64,000 bases of DNA from Raillietiella orientalis (GCA_036172245.1 JAYWIR010000034.1:1054001-1118000); one strand, 5' to 3'. Positions 28,370-40,600 are shown, counted from the stretch's first letter. The notes: a model not told the origin generated them from the sequence alone. Numbers and translations: made by a program.

Positions 28370-29100
28370 TTTCACTTGCACTGCGCCCGCATGCTGAGGA
28401 GCGGGACGGGGGACGGGGAGGTGGGAGCGGACTTGAGGAGAGCACGCAAAGTGGAAGCACCGGCGAAGAATCATTCCCTCATGGACTCCGCTGGCATCGC
28501 GCACCGGTTGATGGAAGACAGGGGAACAAAAGCAGATGAAGGCAGATGTATCTCCTTCTACCCTTTCCCGGTCCCTTTCCTCCCTATCCTTCCCCCCCCC
28601 CCTTTTTTTAACGAACTCCAGAATGCAGCAGCATCTCGTCCTCGCTTTCCGTGAAACACAAGGGAGGGAATGGTCTCCCCTTTCCCTGTAATGTTGCCAA
28701 GGAAACCATCCCCCGAGACTCCTGGATCGGTCCTCGAACTCGGTGGACCTGGAAGGGGGCACTCAGAGAGAGAGAGACGACCCGGTCCAGAGGAACGCCG
28801 AACATACCGAGGAGCAAACCGCAAGTCGGATTTGCTGCTCTCTTCCTGGCAGGGGGCGGGTGAGTTGGGAAAAAGCGGATAGGAAGAAGGATTTGGAATT
28901 TGCGCGTGCGCGACTCCTTGGGAATCCCATTCACCTGCAGGGAGGAGGAGCGCTGCCCTTTATTAAACACGAGCAGGAGTAACAGGTGAGCCTCTGTCCT
29001 CAAAGTCAGGTCCAGGAGCTGGAGATCGACCTTGCCGAGTTCTCCCTCAAGACGTGTGGAGGCGGAGATCTCAGGAGAGAGTACTGACATGACGGGATGG
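28370..29100 (+). mobile_element. Possible RNase H plus C-terminal Zn-finger fragment of a LINE
   Basis: IIPSWTP...G-KADE (cf. 'WxPxHxGxxGNExAD'), then ARARLLG...LCPQSQVQE. Very degraded. Confidence 0.25.
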
Positions 29101-29999
29101 CAGGAGATGGTTTCGGTATTGCAGCTATTTGAAGCTACGATCCCACGAGATCGACTGCGTGTTAGGCAGGCATCCTTGTAGTCAGAGACCACTCCCACCC
29201 CCCCCTCACCCTTCTTCTTTGGCGGGTCAAGTTCAAGTATTCCTTTGAAAAATATTTTTTCGGCTTCTCCCCTTGCAAAGACTCACCCCTGCGAGCTAAA
29301 GGGGTTGCTGGACTCCATCGCACCGAACTGAGGGGAACAGACCCTTCCATGGAGTTCGCATGATGTGCTGGACATTCTCAGACCCACTTCCTAATTTCCG
29401 GGATGTGTGTCGCGAAGCCGGATTTCATGCCGAGGACGGCAGAGAGAGGGACAGCAGCTCTTCCAGCAGAAGCCCAAATCCCCTCCGCTGGTAGAGATCA
29501 GTAGCTTTCGCAAATCGGAGCCGAGGGTGATGCAGCTGCGGCGGAAGGTGGGCGACGGCTGCAAGGGTGGAGGGAAAACAATGTGGGACCATTCCGATCT
29601 CCGGGGACTCCTGCTCCGCTAATCAACCTCAAAAAGGATCGGCTGGCCGCCGCCCTCCCGATGCAGGAGGGAAGCGGAGCAAACGGTAGGAGGAGACTGT
29701 TCGTTTCCTTAAAGGGCCACAGTAAGGACGTGGTCTTGTGAGCGGGAAAAAGGAATGTCACCGAATAACACTTCCGGAATGGTTCAGGTACAGAAAGCAC
29801 CACAAGATTTTGGTTCGATAAAATGGCAGCAGCATAAAGTGTGAATCTTCTCGCGATTGTGTGTGTGTTTTTCTTCTTCGTCTCTTCTTCTTTGACAAAC
29901 AGAAAACAAATTAAAGAAATGGCTTAATCTAAAAGGACTTTCTGGCCAGCACGCAAGTCACGAAAACTTGAAGAGCTACTAAGAAATTTCGTTACCAAA

Positions 30000-31600
30000 C
30001 ACAGTTACCAAAGATGCAGGATAAGCATAGACTTCCAGGCAAACTACGATGCTGAGGTCTCCCCAAGTGCCGCTTTCCTCTGGACCTTCGAGTGGTGTCC
30101 TCTGAGATCGAGGACTTAGTAGGGAGAGCGACCGACGCGTCCCCAAAGTTCAGAAATCGCGACTTCTCTTGAGAACGAGCTCCACGAAGGAGGAGCAAGA
30201 GGAGAAGGAGACTGCACTTAAGATGCTAGCAAGCGGAGACTCCTTCGGCAAGCACCTAGAGTAGCTCAAAAACCTGAAACCAAAACTAGGAGAGATGAGC
30301 CAGCGATTCTCTGGCACTGAACAACGAAATGATTTCGCAAAAGCGGAAGCGAATCCTCCCACGGTCTGGCTGCTTTACAAACGTAAGAAATGGCGACGTA
30401 AGGGGGCGACGATCGTGGATGAGTTGCAAACTTGCTGAACGGCTGCTTCACGGACGAAAGTGACCTTTGGGAGAGGGACTGTACAATAGCACAACCAAAG
30501 ATAGCCGCCCAGTGCGGACAGTAACTTGGGTGACGAGTTGGTTGTTTTTTTCTCGAGCAGCATAGAGAAAATCATGAAGGAGCACGAATCTTCCGAGTGA
30601 TGCGTCGCGGCGCTGCTGATAGAAACACAAAGAGAGCTCATGATGGAAATGAGTTAACTTCGCTGCAGAAAAGTAACTAACTGTTGATTCTTGAAAGCGG
30701 GATGTAGAGAAAAAGACGATGAAATAAACGATAGCATGACGATAGTTGGCATTCGATGAAACCTCGATCGCAAGTTGCGATGGCCATCGCCACCTCTGAG
30801 ATCCACTTCGTCTTCCTGATCTCAATTGCAAGGCCCGGATGAAAGGATGCCACCGTTAGAGACCCAACGAGACTGCGCACCCTCGCCTTTGAAAGCGCGC
30901 TGGCATCTCGAACCGCAGAGATTTCGACACTGTCGCGCGTGCCAGTGGTTCACCGCAGCTCGAACAGATGGCGGAGAGAGCGATCATCTTCCCGTTCATC
31001 ACCGGACTCGTGTTTCATTCATGGTTCTTTATCTCCTTTAAGAAGAATTTCACGTTTTTTTTTTTTTTTTTTTTTTCCTATTATGTACTTCTGCTGCTCT
31101 TCATGGTCCAGATTTCCTACTCCTGTTCAAGGAAACAGTGTAACTAACTATCGTTATGACAAAGCGGGTGTGCTTGTTTTCTAACTGGGACGAGCTCACC
31201 CTCTTCATTAAATAGAGCAAAGCGGAAAAATGCATGTGAAGTGGGCTGCTGGCGTCATCCGCAACCCCCGTCTCGCTGCATCAGTTTTGGCGGTCCATCT
31301 TCGCGTCCCGTGAAACATCCGCCAAAATACCTCTGTTGACTGATTCTTCAGCGAACTGACTCGAGGTCTCCGCACACGGATGACGTGCAGTGATAGGAGT
31401 GGCTGAAGGGAAAAGTACACGGAGGACTTTCGCACTTTACCGTCTCCAATTTGCACCGGAAAATTTCGAAAAATACAGTATGGAGAAGTTGGGTTACCTG
31501 ACTGGAAAAAATCACAAGAGCAAAATTGCAGCCAGCGAGAAACTTCCGGGAAAAGTGCGATGGAGGCTTTATTGTGCACTCGTTACTAAAAACCTTAAAA
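30000..31600 (+). mobile_element. Decayed R1-like LINE ORF2 (pre-RT region and reverse transcriptase core)
   Basis: Colinear relics: PAILW-NNEMISQKRKR (cf. 'P.WWN.EI..LR', ~30300), SDLWERDCTI (cf. 'DPWG..Y.I', ~30460), KA-PDERM (cf. 'KAPGPDGI', ~30830), RWR-RAIIFPF (cf. 'WK.A.lvlI', ~30970), SVL (~31280), HTDDV (cf. YADD, 31373-31387) and NHKSKIAASEK (cf. 'GL.LA.EKT', ~31510-31542). Confidence 0.5.
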
Positions 31601-33131
31601 GTCTTTAGTTTGGGTTTGTGTACTTAATGGATTCTTACGAATTGAACATCTTCACCGAATTCGGTTCTAAGCAGCATTTCACGAAACACGTCTGATCGAA
31701 TTTTTGTCATATTCGAAAGGTGCATTGAGCGGTTCGTAGCACTGCCCTCATGATATATACTCAATCCTCTGAATTTGGATTTCATTTTTCAAACGTAGCA
31801 TAGTGTGTTTTGTCAGCAAAAAAATAATCCAAAACTATTGCTGGGAACACGGAAAAAAAAGAAAAATGGCAGGCATTGTGAAAATGTAAACTTCTTTCAA
31901 TGAAGCATTTATAACTTCTGCATCAATTAGTACTGTTAGTCGAAATAGAAAATAAGTAATCGATTTCATCATATGGCCATGGTTCGATGCAAATTTTTCT
32001 TATTTTATAAGGGTATGTAAGATTTTTTGTGTTCATCAGTCTACACAAGAAAAATTACTTTATATCAGTGGAGCCAATTGACTGTTCACCGAAGGCAGCG
32101 CTTTGGTCAGGACGGTAAATGCCCTTCCTGCAGAACCGCAAACGGCGGAAAACACTCCTCAGGTTTCATGAAGTGCTAAATCCAAAGTTGCAAAGATGAA
32201 TCTCACTGAATTGCCTTTAGTCTTTTCTTAATTCAATAAATACTTATTTAATATACTCTAACAATTTAATGAATAACTTCTAGTGAGGATTTTCACAAAA
32301 TTTGTACCGAGTTGCCGAAAGTGCTATAGGAACATCTTCTAATCCAAGGAAAACTTCCTTCCGTAATTTATATAAATACTAATAACAACAGCAAAGAACT
32401 TGTGAAACGATACCGCTCATACTAAACAAAAACGACGTTGTTCGTTACACAAAAACATTACATATTCAAACTGAAAGCACTAGACTATCACACAATTCCT
32501 TTGGTTAAAGCTAATGCTCATATTTCACTGGAAGATCTGGATGTTTTACTGCCCAACTACAACAACTATAAATTCATGTCTAACAGATGCATAGAAAATA
32601 CTTCAAGATGAAAGTATTTTAATTTACTTTGCTTACCACAATCCATATTTTCAGAAAATTCATGAAACGCATGTTTTTGGACACGACGGGAAAAAAAAAA
32701 AAAAAAAAAACGCAAGGCACAAACAACGACTGCTTACAGTTTTAAATTTTTTCCAATATGATGAACCATCATGGGACAAACTCAGAATAAGACACCTTTT
32801 TTTTTAAAAAAAAAGAAAAGAAAAAAAAGAAAAAAAAGGGGGGGGGGGAAAGAAAGAAAAAGAAAAAAAAACTCCTTTGGTAACAATATTGCTTAATTAT
32901 GAGCTGTGGTAAATTTTGGGTTACCAGTTTATGCTTTTATAATCCGACTCACACTCTACACTAAATGATATAAAAATTATACTGCATAAAATAAAAACAA
33001 GAATGCAATGAGCAAATGCCAGCAAAGGGCCATGTACACAATACAATTGTATATTGTCAAATTAGCAAATACACTCGACTTTCTGAATACTTTAAATCAC
33101 ATAATGAGCAAATACTTTAATATGTTGACTT

Positions 33132-36100
33132 TTAGTTCAAATCATTGTCAAAATCCATTAGACTATCATCAGTCTGACATCTTACATCTTCATCACAGTC
33201 AGCTGCCAAAAGTTGAATACAGTTACAAATTTTTTTTCGGTACACAGAAAAAACATTGGCAGAAAGAATGGTATGCTTTAAAATGCGGGCCACAAAAATC
33301 CGTACATTTACTACAGAGTCATGTGCAAGATTCAATAATGCATCAATGATGAGAGAGGTCCACTGAGCATCTGAAAAATTAATCTTATTGTCTTTGATTA
33401 TTTTATCACAGATTAAGACAAAAATTTGACGCTGGCGCCAATGCTGATGATATGCCAACAGGAAAACCAACTGATTCAATTGAGTTTCCAGTGCAAGACG
33501 ATCTTCACTTTGTCCTACATAACCTAACATAGTAGAAAGTGCACATACAGCTTGCCTGCGCACTTCCGCCACTTGATCCACAACAAGACGATAAGCTAAA
33601 GGCACCAATACATCAATCACTTGCGTACTCGAAAATAAAACACACACAGAACCGAGTTGTTGAGCAAATTCCTGACGATAGCGCCAGTTCCTTTCATTAT
33701 CAGTTCTGAGAAACTCATGGAAACTAGCTAACAGCTTTGGACGCTCTTCAAAGTGCAAAAGATGCATGAATGGTGTCAAGTAGCGGAGTGCTCCTTCACG
33801 AACCTCATCCACATCTTTAATGAAACCATGAAACACTTGCACTAAATCACAGGCTGTAATGTCTTCACCCAGAATTAAAGCCATATGATAGATACTGAAG
33901 GCAAGTGTCCGTCTCACACGCCACTGATTGTCTGAGGCCAGTTGTATGTAAGCTCGACGCAATATTGACCAGTGTGCGGGACCCAAAGTGAGTGCCACAG
34001 CAGGCAGACTATAGGCGCACAACTCCACATCCCCATTGACATCTGGTCCTGGTACAGCCATAGACAGAAAATGATAGATTAAAATTTCTGGCACAATCTG
34101 TTGATTGCACGCCAATGTTAGCCCGCTGTTACATGACTGAGAGCATTCTTCAGCGATGTTCAGGCGTTCCATGGACTTCAATATACCATCCAAATCATTT
34201 CTGTATGTTTCGAATGGAGCAGAATTCTCTCCGTTTGCAATAAAACCACTGCTTTCCTCCACATCTGGAGTAACTTTCGCACTTGTTGCTGTTTCCAATA
34301 AACTTGATGGAGAAACTTCAGAAATTGGAACACGCCAGTATTGAAATTCATTGAAATGATCCGTATTGGTATGCAGCGCTGTCAAATGATTTTCAGGAAC
34401 TTTTGATGTGCTGCTCTCATTCTTAACAGGCACAGGCTTCACAGATTCTTGGGTGGCAAAATGAAATCTGTTACACAATGAATGGCTGAATGACATATCT
34501 GAACACTTACCCAGGTCCCCATGAGAGAACATGGCTATTCATGTTGTAGAACTGCTCAATGCTGCATGGGTCCGCAAATGTGGAAATCAGCGGACCCAAA
34601 ACATGAAAGGCAGATTTGCGCACTTGATGCGACGAATCAGTAAGTAAGTTAGCAAACACTGGAGTCAGTTGATGGCGTCGAATCTCCAAGGAACACATAC
34701 AAGCCACTGGCATAATAACTCCTGCACATGCTTGGCGCACATTCCAAACTTCATCCCCGCATAAGCACAGAAAAATAGGTAACTATAGCGAAGGCTGAGA
34801 CAGATTCTCCAAAACATCAATAAGCACATTGCTCACCAGCACCTGTTCCGTTGTGTCCATGCCTAGCACATTGCAGAAATCACCAAAATTAGCAGCACAG
34901 ATTTTGCGCACATTGTGCAGTGAATCCATGCACAAGGAAAGAAACTTGTTGAGAAGAAAGCGATGAGCATAATCACAACCCAGCAAAGGTACCATTTTAC
35001 ACACCAACTGCAAAATTAGGTAATTAGAAATGGCAGGTCAATTCACAGCAAAAAAAACAAACCTGAATGTGACTTTTCGCTCATTTTCTTGCAAACAATT
35101 GTTGTAAGAGTGCAAAGTCACAGAGCTCATCAAAGCTGGCTGTGATATGAATTAGAAACACATCCCAGCCACCTTGACAAGCTGCGTAAATGCCACATTT
35201 TATTGCAACATTCAATAAAACGTCGCTCATCAAAGCTGGCTGTGATATGAGCCACCCATACATAGCAGCAGCCACTTTGAGAGCCATGTTTCACTGTTTC
35301 CAAAAATCAAAACACACATATAGAGACTTCTTCAATGTTGGATGAAATACGGAAATTTGAACTCGTCAATTAAGGCTGTGATATGATTACATATCCTCAC
35401 ATCATACCAAAATTGACGGGTACACCTTCCGCCACCAATGCACTTCTAGCACATATATGCTAAGAACACATGCTAAAAATCGGTGACCACTCCAGAAGGT
35501 TCTGTTCATCAAAGCTGGCTGTGATAGTCCGTGCTAACAGCGAATCTATGACAAACCAGTTTTGATGCCAGAACCTTCTGCACAGGTGGGCATCCCAGGT
35601 AGACTCATATTTGACCTACCAGCATGAAAGACAAAATAGTGAGACGGTAATGTGCTGCAAAGACATCTCACTACCCATGTCTTTCAGGCCAGAGAGTCCA
35701 CTTTTAACTTGATCATACCTAAGTTCACATACTTATTATCTATTAAATCAACCAACTTACAGACGTTATTTCCACCCGAATTTCATCAGGCATATGGGTA
35801 GAAGTGTACTCATGAATAGAGGGCAAAATATTGTTCTCAATCTCTGTTAAACTGAGTAATGACTGCTCAAGAAGAATTAAAAATGCTGATTGCGCCATAT
35901 TTCTCACCTTCATTTCAATTAGCATAGCATATATTTACACACTCATAATATACTTGCCTCATTCATGGGATCTGTCAACGTATGCAAAATGATGGGAATT
36001 ACATATCCAGGGATAACATGCCAGAGGCATTCATATTCTCGACACAACTGAAGAATGTATGGTGCTTGCTTCGCTAGCTCCGCTCTAACCAATAAATCTT

Positions 36101-37613
36101 AAAAGGAAAAGGAAAAGGAAAAAGAAAAGGAAAGAAAAAAAAAAAAAAAAACAATCCGTAAATAATTGCTTACTATATTCAGGAACAATGATTCAACAGT
36201 CAAACGTTTGAAATTAAATTATTTCAGCTGCGGTTATCAACAATGAATCCGATTTACAAAAATGCGTTTACACGAAACGAAACGTAAAAATGGAAGCTGC
36301 ACGTTGTAGTTTAGTTTGTGATAAATTGTATGAACTAGGATGAAAACTGAAACAAGTTGAAATGCTGGCTGGCACGATAATTTCTTTTCAAAACGAATGA
36401 ACGAAATCCTTTAAAGGAATTAAGGAACAAACACTCCAAACGAATTGTTATTATTTATAAGTCAACTTGTTATGATATTTTGTGATCGAATCATTTACAG
36501 GAACACTAATAATGTGCTTTGTCTGTAATGGGCTTAATGGTCGACTTGCAACGTTACCGAAAGAAAAAGCTATTGTTCAAAGACTTCCCGAGTGATTGCC
36601 ACGGATAAATAATAAGGAATGTAATTAGACGAGAACTTATCGCCGACACAATGTTTCGGTACCGGAACTCTCAGACGATTTAAACTTGCCCAAGATTACA
36701 TTAGTTAACATGTTGTACAATTTAAAGTAGGCAATTTGGCGAGAACTGTCGTTCTTGGCTGTATACGACAGCTGAATCGAATAGCCCAGCTGTCGAAATA
36801 GCAGATGGCACATACGCAGACTTGCTGTCTGCCCCCAAATATTGTGTAGCAAAAGCAAACTCCGACGCATGTTCATACAAAAAGCGTAGCACATGCGCAG
36901 ACTTTCAGCTTACGTTTATCATCCCGTAATCTGCCAATTGCCCGAAGTACTTCTTGTAGTTCTTCGGGATTCTGCACTGAGAAGCGTAAAGCTTCCATTA
37001 AACAATGTACTGCAGCAACCCTAAAAATCAGAGCACATACACTTTCATTTTCAAAACTAATTTTCCAAAGATAGGAAACCTCACACACTATCAACAGCCT
37101 TCCTTCACGATATAAAAGCGACCATTTGTAAATTCAACAAATAAACAAACTGCACGCGTGAACCTAAACCAAAATATCGATGTAACAAGCTTATAATTAA
37201 AAAAAAAAAAAAAGGAGAAAAAAAAAAAAGGAAAAAAAAAAGATGCGTGTGAAGAAAACATCCAAATAACGAATATTTCAACAACAACAAAAAATCTTTT
37301 GCCTAACTCTTGGCAAACAACTTCCGCAACATCTTGTAAGGAGCACGAACAAAGATTTAGTTCTAATTTTAAGAGTTCTAAATATAATGTGGCGCATGAA
37401 GAAAAGCCAGACAGGAAAGCTTGAGAGAGCTGACATTCAAACTGGACAAAATTGCAAAATCGAGAAGCGAAAAAACATTGGAGGGGGGAGAGAAAGAAAG
37501 AGAGGGGGGGGGAAAAAAAAAAAAAAATTACCTTGAATTAACAGTTCTTGAAAAACACTGTACGTGAACTTTCGAGTGAGATTGCTCAATCTGTCTTGGA
37601 GAGGAAAACGTAA
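33132..37613 (-). CDS. PPP4R1: Serine/threonine-protein phosphatase 4 regulatory subunit 1 (HEAT repeats), multi-exon; extreme 5' exons uncertain
   Basis: Motifs VRAELAKQAP, VRNMAQSAFLILLEQ, HNVRKICAANFGDFC, DEVWNVRQACA, SHQVRKSAFHVLGPLISTFADP, FNEFQYWRVPI, CAYSLPAVALTLG, WRVRRTLAFSI and NWRYRQEFAQQL. Exons approx. 37613-37532, 37020-36915, 36097-35958, 35907-35761, 35007-34837, 34782-34511 and 34467-33132. Confidence 0.95.
35120..35187 (-). ncRNA. mir-2: pre-miR-2 family, copy 3
   Basis: Mature UAUCACAGCCAGCUUUGAUGAGC at 35147-35125. The 5p arm GCUUGUCAAGGUGGCUGGGAUG is at 35182-35161. Confidence 0.95.
35220..35290 (-). ncRNA. mir-2: pre-miR-2 family, copy 2
   Basis: Mature UAUCACAGCCAGCUUUGAUGAGC at 35247-35225 (canonical miR-2a). 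The 5p arm GCUCUCAAAGUGGCUGCUGC is at ~35284-35265. Confidence 0.95.
35356..35425 (-). ncRNA. mir-13: pre-miR-13-like (miR-2 family)
   Basis: Mature 3p UAUCACAGCCUUAAUUGACGAGU at 35383-35361 (miR-2 seed, miR-13b-like 3' end UUGACGAGU). The 5p arm CCCGUCAAUUUUGGUAUGAUGUG is at ~35420-35398. Confidence 0.88.
35493..35580 (-). ncRNA. mir-2: pre-miR-2 family, copy 1
   Basis: Mature 3p UAUCACAGCCAGCUUUGAUGAAC at 35526-35504, with a pairing 5p arm at ~35568-35547 and a 12-bp basal stem (CAGAAGGUUCUG/CAGAACCUUCUG). Confidence 0.95.
35618..35692 (-). ncRNA. mir-71: pre-miR-71
   Basis: Mature 5p UGAAAGACAUGGGUAGUGAGAUG at 35686-35664 (canonical miR-71). The complementary 3p arm UCUCACUAUUUUGUCUUUCAUG is at 35644-35623. 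Confidence 0.97.
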
Positions 37614-40600
37614 CTATCACATCACTAGCGAAATAGGAACTAAAATAAGCACTAGGCGTTTGCCTTTCGATCCAGGCTTACTGGAATTAATAAGGGGTGC
37701 CTTGAAAGCTACGTTTGTCGACGCCAATACCAATCTTGTGAGTATTCTCGTTTGAAGGATTGGATTCATGCACACATTTAAGCAGAGGAAATTTTGGAAT
37801 TTCCCGTCGCTGCGTGCTGGGGAAGAACCCCACTTGCAAAGCACGCTTTCGTTCGCAATTCGGCTGAACGAACCAACAAAGTACAACACAAAACACACAG
37901 AGACTTGTTTATGTTTTTTTCTTCTCTTTTTTTTTTTCCTTTTTCTTTTTTTTTTTTTTTATTCAACAACAATACGGGCGGTGTTCTAAACACACAGCCG
38001 TTTTTTTTTAAAAAAAAAAAAAACATTGCAAAAACGGATGCGAAATCCTCCGGCGCGAACCACTTCAATTTTTTAATTCAATTATTGAATCGTCGAACTG
38101 TGCTGTGGAATAAGGTGAAATGCATGCAATATTATGAAACGCAATAACTGATTTTCAAGCAGCCTGAGGCAGTTAACCTTGAACGAAATGTGTGCACTGC
38201 GATCAATATTCAATAGCGTGCCATAGTTATATTTCATAGATGCAACGGCACCACACCAGCACTGCTTGTTTCATGAATATCCTTCCTTTTCTAACCGTTC
38301 GCTTTTTTTTTTTTTTTTTTTTTTTTCTTTTTCCCCTCTCTCCAGGCAAGTTACCTCCACCTACAGGAATGCTACCGGAAATAGGAATTACATATGACGT
38401 AAACATTTGCAGTGAATAACATTCATCGAATCCTATTCGTTAGTACATACCACAGTAAGCTGTTACTCGCACAATTTATTTACACACAAACCTAACGAGA
38501 ACGAATCAATTTCAGTATTACAATGTTCATACTTAAGCATAAAACATGGCGTTTGCCTTCCGCCGACGCTGTATGTCTCGCATGCAAAAAAATCCGACTG
38601 AAGGGAGAACGCAGTTATAGAAACAGCTTCAGGCTTACATCAACATAAAGGTCAAATTTTTGTAAGCAGGCTTTTTCGGTCCCCTCTTCATTTCGGAAAA
38701 CTGTTATCTTACTCGCGATGCTCGCATTCTCGGTTCGTTTCACCTTAGGCTACGAAAAAAATTTTCACTCATTGCTCCGTGGTCTCTCCAGGATCACAAA
38801 GGGAACCGTGTGAATCACATGAACTGAACTTACGCAAATATTAGTGGTGTGCGTTTGCATCATCACAACGGTGCAAACGTCGGTTCGGGCGATTCCGAAC
38901 GAAATCCAAATAGCACGCTCGGCTCGGGAAATTCTGCTGCAAAAGCACCGCTATGCAAAGGCAACGCCGTGTCCATGTTCCCAGGCCACTACTTCCCACG
39001 GCTTGCACGAGAGTGATGCAACAACGACCACACTGCATCCAGCGTCCCTCAGAAACACACACACAACTGATGGGAGTGGAGAAGCATCACCGGAGATCGC
39101 AAGAATTATCTAATAGCGTCTGCACATCCTGCCAGCCCAGCCACACTGCTCCCATCAGGGTGCGACTCCGCAAGCGATAACATCGTCTTCCCGCGCATCA
39201 CAACTGCTCATTGATTACTGCCTATTTGAGGTCGTCCACTCACGTCGGAATCTTACTACGCTACATCCTAAGGCGTGAAAACTCTTTTGCATGTTGTACA
39301 TTCCGTTAACCAAAGAAACTGTTTCCAGCAGAAGGCGTAACTCACGCGTTTCCAGCAAACGAAACTGTACCATCCCCCGTTTCGTTCGTACAACAAAGAC
39401 AGCGAGCACATTCTAAAAAACACGGTGAATCTGGAAAACCACAAGTAGAACGATTCTCCGGTGGGGGGGGAGGGGGGGGGGAGAAAGGAAAAAAAGGAAA
39501 AAAAAAAAAAAAAAAAAAGGAAAAAAGGAAAGAAAACTTGGGGATCTTAGAGCCCGCCGTTTGTTCGAAATGCACCGAGGAAATGACATTTTACAATTTG
39601 CATTGGTTGTGCTCGATTCGGCAACATTCACAACGAATCGAATGATTACGATTGATCTCAAAATAAGAAAAGTATTGAAAAACTCGAAATGAGAGGGAAA
39701 AACTTTTCGAAGAAATCGCCCCCCCCCCCTCGAAAGCTTTGAATCATACGTAAAATAAGGAGATGAAAACGAAAAACAAACCTGAAATCGATTGCAGAAG
39801 AATTGCTACAGTTTTGCAATTGCTCAAATACCCAGTTATCCTCATGCACATCGGGGCAATTCCCTGAAAAACAGAAATCAGCAAATTAAGAAACCATGAT
39901 GAAAAGCACATACTAACAAAACTTTTTTTTTTTTTTTTATTTCTTTCCATTTCAATAATCTGAATTTTATTCATAGAATTTTTAAAAAGTCCTTTATTCG
40001 CTAAAAATGGAGCCAATAACTTGGATAAACGTAATAGACATAGCATCTATTCAAAAAATACATCTTCAAAATTCGTTTTCCTTTTTTGAAATCGAAACTC
40101 CGATTCCAAAACTTACGATATATTCAAAGTTTTTTTTTCCCCGAATGATCCACATTAGAAATGTTCCTCCGATATGTAAAATTAATACATGGAGATACGT
40201 GATGGTAAATATCGGTGCATGCATAAAAAATCACCAATGTTGAATTCGCCATAGTTGCAGCAATAAGAAAACTCCATTGCAACTTTAATTTTCGTTTCAA
40301 CAAGGGCAATGGTTTCCCAGTCAGCTTCAAAAATTTGGGTACAGAAATATGTCTTCGGGAACGCTCTTGATACTCGGCCAAAAAAAAGGAGGAGGAGGAG
40401 ACAGAAAGCTGCCTTTCCTCCATACGCTTTCAATTCAGAAAGTTCATGGAATTTTTGAAACTCAAAATTACAAATGCAGATATACATCCTCTAACTTGAC
40501 CAGTAATTCACAGAACTTGAGATGAGTTTTACGATACACAAAAATTGAGCTACCAACGTGGTTGCAAAGATACAAAAAAAAAACATGGCATAACAATGGG

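Noticed and set aside
29162..29350. ORF with KYFSKEYLNLTRQRRR, superficially homeobox-like
   Set aside because: Lacks helix-3 WF(Q)NRR and lies within decayed retroelement sequence.
24696..31608. Dense overlapping ORFs as possible novel genes
   Set aside because: Expected by chance in GC-rich DNA. The recognisable motifs switch frames, which fits decayed LINE sequence.
32065..32170. Segment loosely resembling a bacterial riboswitch (GGAG...CCGAAGG...TCAGG)
   Set aside because: Animal genomic context and no convincing stems; chance resemblance.
35125..35526. Regularly spaced ~23-nt direct repeats that look like a CRISPR array
   Set aside because: They are miR-2-family mature arms, each with a complementary arm nearby, in a eukaryotic intron; no cas genes are present.
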